Source of the DNA: Infirmifilum sp.
GTDB lineage: Archaea > Thermoproteota > Thermoprotei > Thermofilales > Thermofilaceae
DNA: 64,000 bases
Direction: 5' to 3'
Assembly (NCBI GenBank): GCA_041287245.1
Contig: JBEULP010000003.1
Span: 132,530-196,529, forward strand
The notes under the pieces were generated by a model. The model had not been told where the DNA came from. It made no database searches and saw only the letters and a program-made list of their open reading frames with translations. Shown piece by piece: positions 59,705 through 64,000 of the stretch; positions within the stretch are counted from its first letter, which is position 1, and every line of letters starts with the position of its first letter. Position numbers and translations under genes: made by a program.

Positions 59705-59789
59705 TCTACCAGTGAAAAAGCAAGTTGTGAATATATATTCTTCTCAAAAACCATGGCTCGTTTAAGAAATTCAAAAGGGCGTATACGAG

Positions 59790-59886
59790 TGGACCGGCCG
59801 GGATTCGAACCCGGGACCACCGCCGCTCTCGAGACCCCTAACCGAGCCTTTGCAAGGGCGACATCCTCCCACTAGACGACCGGCCC
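59790..59886 (-). tRNA. tRNA-Ala(TGC) with canonical 37/38 intron (59850-59826, 25 nt)
   Basis: GGGCCGG/CCGGTCC acceptor with G3:U70; BHB helix CTTG/CGAG; mature length 72 nt. Confidence 0.93.
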
Positions 59887-59915
59887 TAGAGCCGATAAAT
59901 CAGTAGACATAACGT

Positions 59916-59932
59916 ATCTTAAATTTTTCGCG
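59916..59932 (-). promoter_or_regulatory. BRE/TATA for tRNA-Ala
   Basis: Minus strand CGCG-AAAAA-TTTAAGAT about 30 nt upstream of the tRNA. Confidence 0.6.
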
Positions 59933-60010
59933 GATATGGGAGGTTTGGAGAGCTACACAAAGCGCGCGAGTGTGTTCTGAGGAAGAGGTTTTTAGATTAT
60001 TGTTCGCGCG

Positions 60011-61492
60011 TTATGCCTGGCTTGTCCTTAGATATTCTATTCCTCTCGAAGTCAGGATCGTCGTTGCCCGGATCTTCCTATGTTCTTCTAGTGATTCAGG
60101 TACTCTTCTCGTGTTTAGAATCACGAGAGATCTCCCTTTAACCGTATTCTCTGAATAAAGCTTGACTGCCTCTCTGAAGCTGAGTTTCTCAAACCACGTG
60201 TATCTATAAAAAGGGAGCTGTTCGTTTTCACCTCGCGTGGTAGCCGCATAAATCCCCAGCCAAGGGTTTATTGGTTCTACGGGGGAATCTGAGGATCCCA
60301 TGAGGGCTGCTCCTGAATAAATTAGGGATCTATAAGCGTAGGTCCAGAGAGCCCTGCTTCCAAGCCTATCGATGATCCAAGTGTCACTTAGGATAAAATG
60401 GGGTTGTACAGAAATCCTGGGGCGTGTCAACGCTATCTCCTCTATAAGGTCTGGTGGAGTTAGTGAGGCGTGCTCTATTCGTAGCAAGTTTTTCAAGCGA
60501 TGCGCCGTTTTTAGGACTTCCTGAACGGCTTTGTCTCCGATAGCGTGTACGGCAAGATCCAGTCCTTTAGATACCACCTCGGATGCAATGCCAAGGATCT
60601 TCTCCGAATCCAGTAGAAGCTGTCCTTGCACAGGAGCGTCCGCATAGTTTTCCCGCAGGGCGGCTGTCCTGGCGCCGAAACTACCGTCCGAGAATATCTT
60701 CACCCCTCTAGTAAGCTCTGGGTATTTGTTGTGTGTTCCTTTCAGGAATTCTTCGTAATCAATATATGCGCGGTACTCGTGGATAAATTCGCCCGAGCTA
60801 ATTATCCGAGATATTATCTCTAGTTCGCTCTCAGCAACCGACATGGAGTGGAGAGTGGTTACACCATAGGAGAGATACTCTTTTAACAGCCTCCTAACAG
60901 TCTCCTCCACCTTCTCTACTGGAGGCGGAGGAACTCTAGATAGGACGTATCCCACCATGTCCTCGAATATAATGCCCGTAGGCTTACCATCCTCAATCTG
61001 GATAAATTTCTCCCATCCCTGTTTTTTATTCATTAAGCCAAGTATCCTTATAGCCTCAGTGTTAAGTAGAGCAGCATGTCCACAAACCCTCACGAGAACT
61101 ACAGGATTATCAGGTGCAACCTCATCCAAATCGTGGCGAGTTGGATAACGTTTTTCTGCCATTTTATCCTGATCCCAGCCTCTGCCGACAATCCACTCAC
61201 CTCTCCCGACGCTCTCCACCGTTTTTCTAACCCTCTCTTTTAGCTCATCAATAGAAGCTACTCCCCTCAAATCGAGGTTGCGGAAAGTTAGTGCAGTAGA
61301 ATATAGATGCGTATGGGCGTCGGCTAGTCCAGGAACAACCAGGTGTTGGTCGGCGTCGATGATCTTCAAAGGCTTGAACCTCTCTACCCCCGCCTCTCCG
61401 CCTGCATAAAGGATCCCGTGCTCCCGTGAGAAAACAATACTGTCCGCCTCTTCGTCCAACGGATATCTAGCGTTGATAACTGCGAAACGCAT
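60011..61492 (-). CDS. Amidohydrolase (YtcJ-like)
   Basis: DAHTH, GRGWDQ, DGSFGARTA, HAIGD, RIEH and SSDSP. Confidence 0.88.
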   Translation of the reverse strand: MRFAVINARYPLDEEADSIVFSREHGILYAGGEAGVERFKPLKIIDADQHLVVPGLADAHTHLYSTALTFRNLDLRGVASIDELKERVRKTVESVGRGEWIVGRGWDQDKMAEKRYPTRHDLDEVAPDNPVVLVRVCGHAALLNTEAIRILGLMNKKQGWEKFIQIEDGKPTGIIFEDMVGYVLSRVPPPPVEKVEETVRRLLKEYLSYGVTTLHSMSVAESELEIISRIISSGEFIHEYRAYIDYEEFLKGTHNKYPELTRGVKIFSDGSFGARTAALRENYADAPVQGQLLLDSEKILGIASEVVSKGLDLAVHAIGDKAVQEVLKTAHRLKNLLRIEHASLTPPDLIEEIALTRPRISVQPHFILSDTWIIDRLGSRALWTYAYRSLIYSGAALMGSSDSPVEPINPWLGIYAATTRGENEQLPFYRYTWFEKLSFREAVKLYSENTVKGRSLVILNTRRVPESLEEHRKIRATTILTSRGIEYLRTSQA

Positions 61493-61525
61493 AAGCTTTG
61501 AATGGGCTTCTAGTTTTATTAAAAT

Positions 61526-62386
61526 ATGGTTTCATTAAGAGAGTCGCTTCGAGGCAATATCCCGGATGAACTAATCAAGCTAGTACCAACCAGTTTCGAT
61601 ATAGTTGGTTCAAAGGGGAGGGCAGTAGCAGTTATAGAATTGCCTGACAAGTTAGAGCCTTACAAGAGAGTAATAGGGGAGAAGCTCATGGAAATACATA
61701 AGAGCGTCAAAGCGGTGTACAGAAAAGCAAGCGAGAGATCCGGAGAATATAGACTTCGCGAGCTTGAACTAATCGCAGGCGAGGAGATACGCGAGGTTAT
61801 ACACCGTGAACACGGTTACCTATTAAAACTCGACGTCACCCAGGTTTATTTTTCACCCCGCGAGGCGACGGAGAGGCAACGCGTGGCAGGTAAGGTTCAG
61901 CCGGGAGAGGAAGTCGTCGTCATGTTTGCAGGTGTGGGGCCCTTTGCAATAGCAATAGCTAAAAAACAGCCTTTGGTGAAGAGGGTTATCGCCATCGAAA
62001 TCAATCCCGTAGCCTTCAAGTACATGGTTGAAAACATCCGTATAAACAAGCTGGAGGGGAAGATTATCCCTGTTCTCGGGGACGTTCGAATCGAAGCCCC
62101 TAAGTTTGCCCACACAGCCGACAGGGTGGTGATGCCTCTGCCAAGGGGGGCTTATATGTTTCTAGGTGAGGCGTTTACGTGTCTAAAGGAAGATGGAGGA
62201 ATATTACACTTCTACTTCTGGGATAAGGAGGAAACGCTTTTCACGAGGGGATTTGAAATCGTTCGTGAATGGGCTCAACGATATGGCTATGAGGCTGAGC
62301 TGATTGAGGCTAGAGTTGTAGCACCATATGCTCCTAGAGTATACAAGGTTGTCTTCGATGTGAAGATAAAACGACACAGTATTTAA
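61526..62386 (+). CDS. Trm5/Taw2-family tRNA methyltransferase
   Basis: HREHG, VYFSPR..TER, MFAGVGPF, EINP and RVVMPLP. Confidence 0.88.
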   Translation: MVSLRESLRGNIPDELIKLVPTSFDIVGSKGRAVAVIELPDKLEPYKRVIGEKLMEIHKSVKAVYRKASERSGEYRLRELELIAGEEIREVIHREHGYLLKLDVTQVYFSPREATERQRVAGKVQPGEEVVVMFAGVGPFAIAIAKKQPLVKRVIAIEINPVAFKYMVENIRINKLEGKIIPVLGDVRIEAPKFAHTADRVVMPLPRGAYMFLGEAFTCLKEDGGILHFYFWDKEETLFTRGFEIVREWAQRYGYEAELIEARVVAPYAPRVYKVVFDVKIKRHSI

Positions 62387-62438
62387 CGTGGTTATCATTG
62401 ATTACCCCCTGGGAGGTCTAAGTTAATAGGTTGATTAC

Positions 62439-62729
62439 ATGTTCAAAACGGGAACCAAGTTGAGAATAGGGGCTGTAGTGTTAGAAGATATTGGGAAAGC
62501 TTTAAGTGCAAGCGGTGTTGACAAAGTTTTTATTGTTAAAAACGCTCAGGAGGCTTTGAGTGTTATAAACGAAGTTATTGCTAAGAAAGAGATTGATCTT
62601 CTACTTGTAGACGATGTTATCGTTAGCTTGATCGGCAAGAGCAAGCTTGTTGAGATCAAATACAAGCATCCGTTTCCGGCTATTGTAGAACTTGAAACAA
62701 ACCGCGTATCTAAGCCTGTAAACTCCTAA
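62439..62729 (+). CDS. A/V-type ATPase subunit F-like protein (stand-alone)
   Basis: ALSASGVD, IDLLLV and PAIVEL pattern; 96 aa. Confidence 0.6.
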   Translation: MFKTGTKLRIGAVVLEDIGKALSASGVDKVFIVKNAQEALSVINEVIAKKEIDLLLVDDVIVSLIGKSKLVEIKYKHPFPAIVELETNRVSKPVNS

Positions 62730-63367
62730 CTCACTCTTTCATTCAAAATCTTGTTCAGTAGTTCAGGGAGTACTCTCTCACGGATTTCACTAATCTTTGC
62801 CTCTAGAGTAGCATTATAGTATTCTTTATTATCGTTTGAGACAGCTAGGAAGCCCCCGGCACACTCTACATCCTCGCCTACATTTAATTCAAGGCCCGGT
62901 TTCGCCTTAGCCAGTGCGTCCTTTTTCGCATTGATGACCTCTTGAAGTAGCTTCTTGCTCTCACGACAAGGATGGAGGTTTACCTTGCTGGATTTTATAC
63001 TGGAAATTGCCTCATCTATTCCACGCGCAAGGAAAGCACGGTGATATTCCTTGTTTTCCACAACTTCTCGAGCAACATGTGAAAGAATTTCCTCTAGTCT
63101 AGTGAGAATGTAATTGTACCTTTCAGCTAGAAACTTGCGTCTAATTTCAAGCCTCTGCGGTGCTAGCTCACTCTCGATTTTCCGGCGTGTCTCATCCAGA
63201 AGCTGGGTTATCCTCTGCTTCCTGAGGGATTCAGCCTTTGAATACGCATCCTCGAGTAATTTCTTAGCTTGCTCCTCCGCCTCCTTTATTATTCTCTGAT
63301 ATTCTTCTTCAGCAGCGCTTCGCAGCTCTTTAAGTATAGCCTCCATCAAACTCTCATTACTGCCCAT
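62726..63367 (-). CDS. A/V-type ATP synthase subunit E
   Basis: N-terminal coiled coil and C-terminal CAGGF...YYNATLE. Confidence 0.85.
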   Translation of the reverse strand: MGSNESLMEAILKELRSAAEEEYQRIIKEAEEQAKKLLEDAYSKAESLRKQRITQLLDETRRKIESELAPQRLEIRRKFLAERYNYILTRLEEILSHVAREVVENKEYHRAFLARGIDEAISSIKSSKVNLHPCRESKKLLQEVINAKKDALAKAKPGLELNVGEDVECAGGFLAVSNDNKEYYNATLEAKISEIRERVLPELLNKILNERVS

Positions 63368-63371
63368 GTAA

Positions 63372-63722
63372 TCACCCTAACAGAGCCTGTAACAACATTC
63401 TCTTTAAATCATCCGTATGCGTGTCCAAGAGCTTTTTAACCGTCTCGAGCTTCCTGAGCTCCTGTTCCTCATATGATTTAAGGCTCTCCTGGTATTTTCT
63501 GCGCTCCTCTTCTAAGAGCTTCTTTACATCTTCGTCAAGAGAGACCTCCTGGGCTTTCGCCATGATACTTTTAGCTTGCTCTCTAGCCCTCGCCAAAAGT
63601 TCGTCGGCTATTTTTTTCGCCTCTGCAATTCTGGCCTCGGCTTTTCGCTGCTCCTCGAGGATAACCCGTATATTGATTTCTTCTGTGAAGCTTGGAAGTG
63701 TTTTTACTCTTTCTTCACCCAT
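63372..63722 (-). CDS. A/V-type ATP synthase peripheral stalk subunit H/G
   Basis: EEQRKAEARIAEAKKIA...ARE coiled coil located between subunits F and E. Confidence 0.7.
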   Translation of the reverse strand: MGEERVKTLPSFTEEINIRVILEEQRKAEARIAEAKKIADELLARAREQAKSIMAKAQEVSLDEDVKKLLEEERRKYQESLKSYEEQELRKLETVKKLLDTHTDDLKRMLLQALLG

Positions 63723-64000
63723 TTCAACCTCACCCCAATAGCTAATGAAAGCTTATTATATAATTCTTCTAGCCTGTGTGTTGATGTCTTCGAAGAAGAA
63801 GGAACGACGACTACAAGGGGGGGTTCCCTCATCACAGCTGTCAACTGGCTTAGCCTATCCTTTACATTCAAATATATCTCGCCCTCTATCACTGCCACTT
63901 TGCTTTCTAGGATCTTCGATAGTATCATTTCCTCCTCCGTCTCACTGGGGTTGTCACTAACCTTTATTACCTCAAATCCCAGAAGTCTCAAAGGATCTAT
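63704..64000 (-). CDS. A/V-type ATP synthase subunit F (5' truncated by window edge)
   Basis: LRLLG, PLVVVVP and LAIGV; frame stays open to the window end. Confidence 0.75.
   Translation of the reverse strand: MDPLRLLGFEVIKVSDNPSETEEEMILSKILESKVAVIEGEIYLNVKDRLSQLTAVMREPPLVVVVPSSSKTSTHRLEELYNKLSLAIGVRLKWVKKE

Overview
Gene-dense core-genome segment of a thermophilic archaeon (Thermoproteota). Most likely Thermofilaceae, inferred from a circularly permuted initiator tRNA and intron-rich tRNAs. It holds about 60 CDS: translation and tRNA modification (uS15, uL6, P-stalk L12, EF-2, TiaS, MtaB-like, Trm5, EndA, Rio2, YchF), central metabolism (PpsA, ADP-forming acyl-CoA synthetase, AhcY, MtnP, IlvA/RidA, IPK and a prenyl synthase), Liv-type and ECF transporters, type IV pilus parts, an NfeD-SPFH pair and the end of an A/V-ATPase operon. 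I parsed five tRNA genes by hand: Arg-CCG with two introns, intronless Ser-GCT, permuted iMet-CAT with an extra 47/48 intron, Leu-CAG with a ~30/31 intron, and Ala-TGC with a canonical intron. Also present: one clear C/D-box sRNA, a decayed IS200/IS605 tnpB 3' end with its omegaRNA-type right end, a dispersed 65-bp repeat, an unannotated 43-aa ORF in an ArsR-bactofilin operon, and a striking enrichment of (CG)n runs in intergenic and promoter DNA. No CRISPR array, rRNA or intact mobile element was seen. All protein calls come from motif recognition by eye; no database searches were run.
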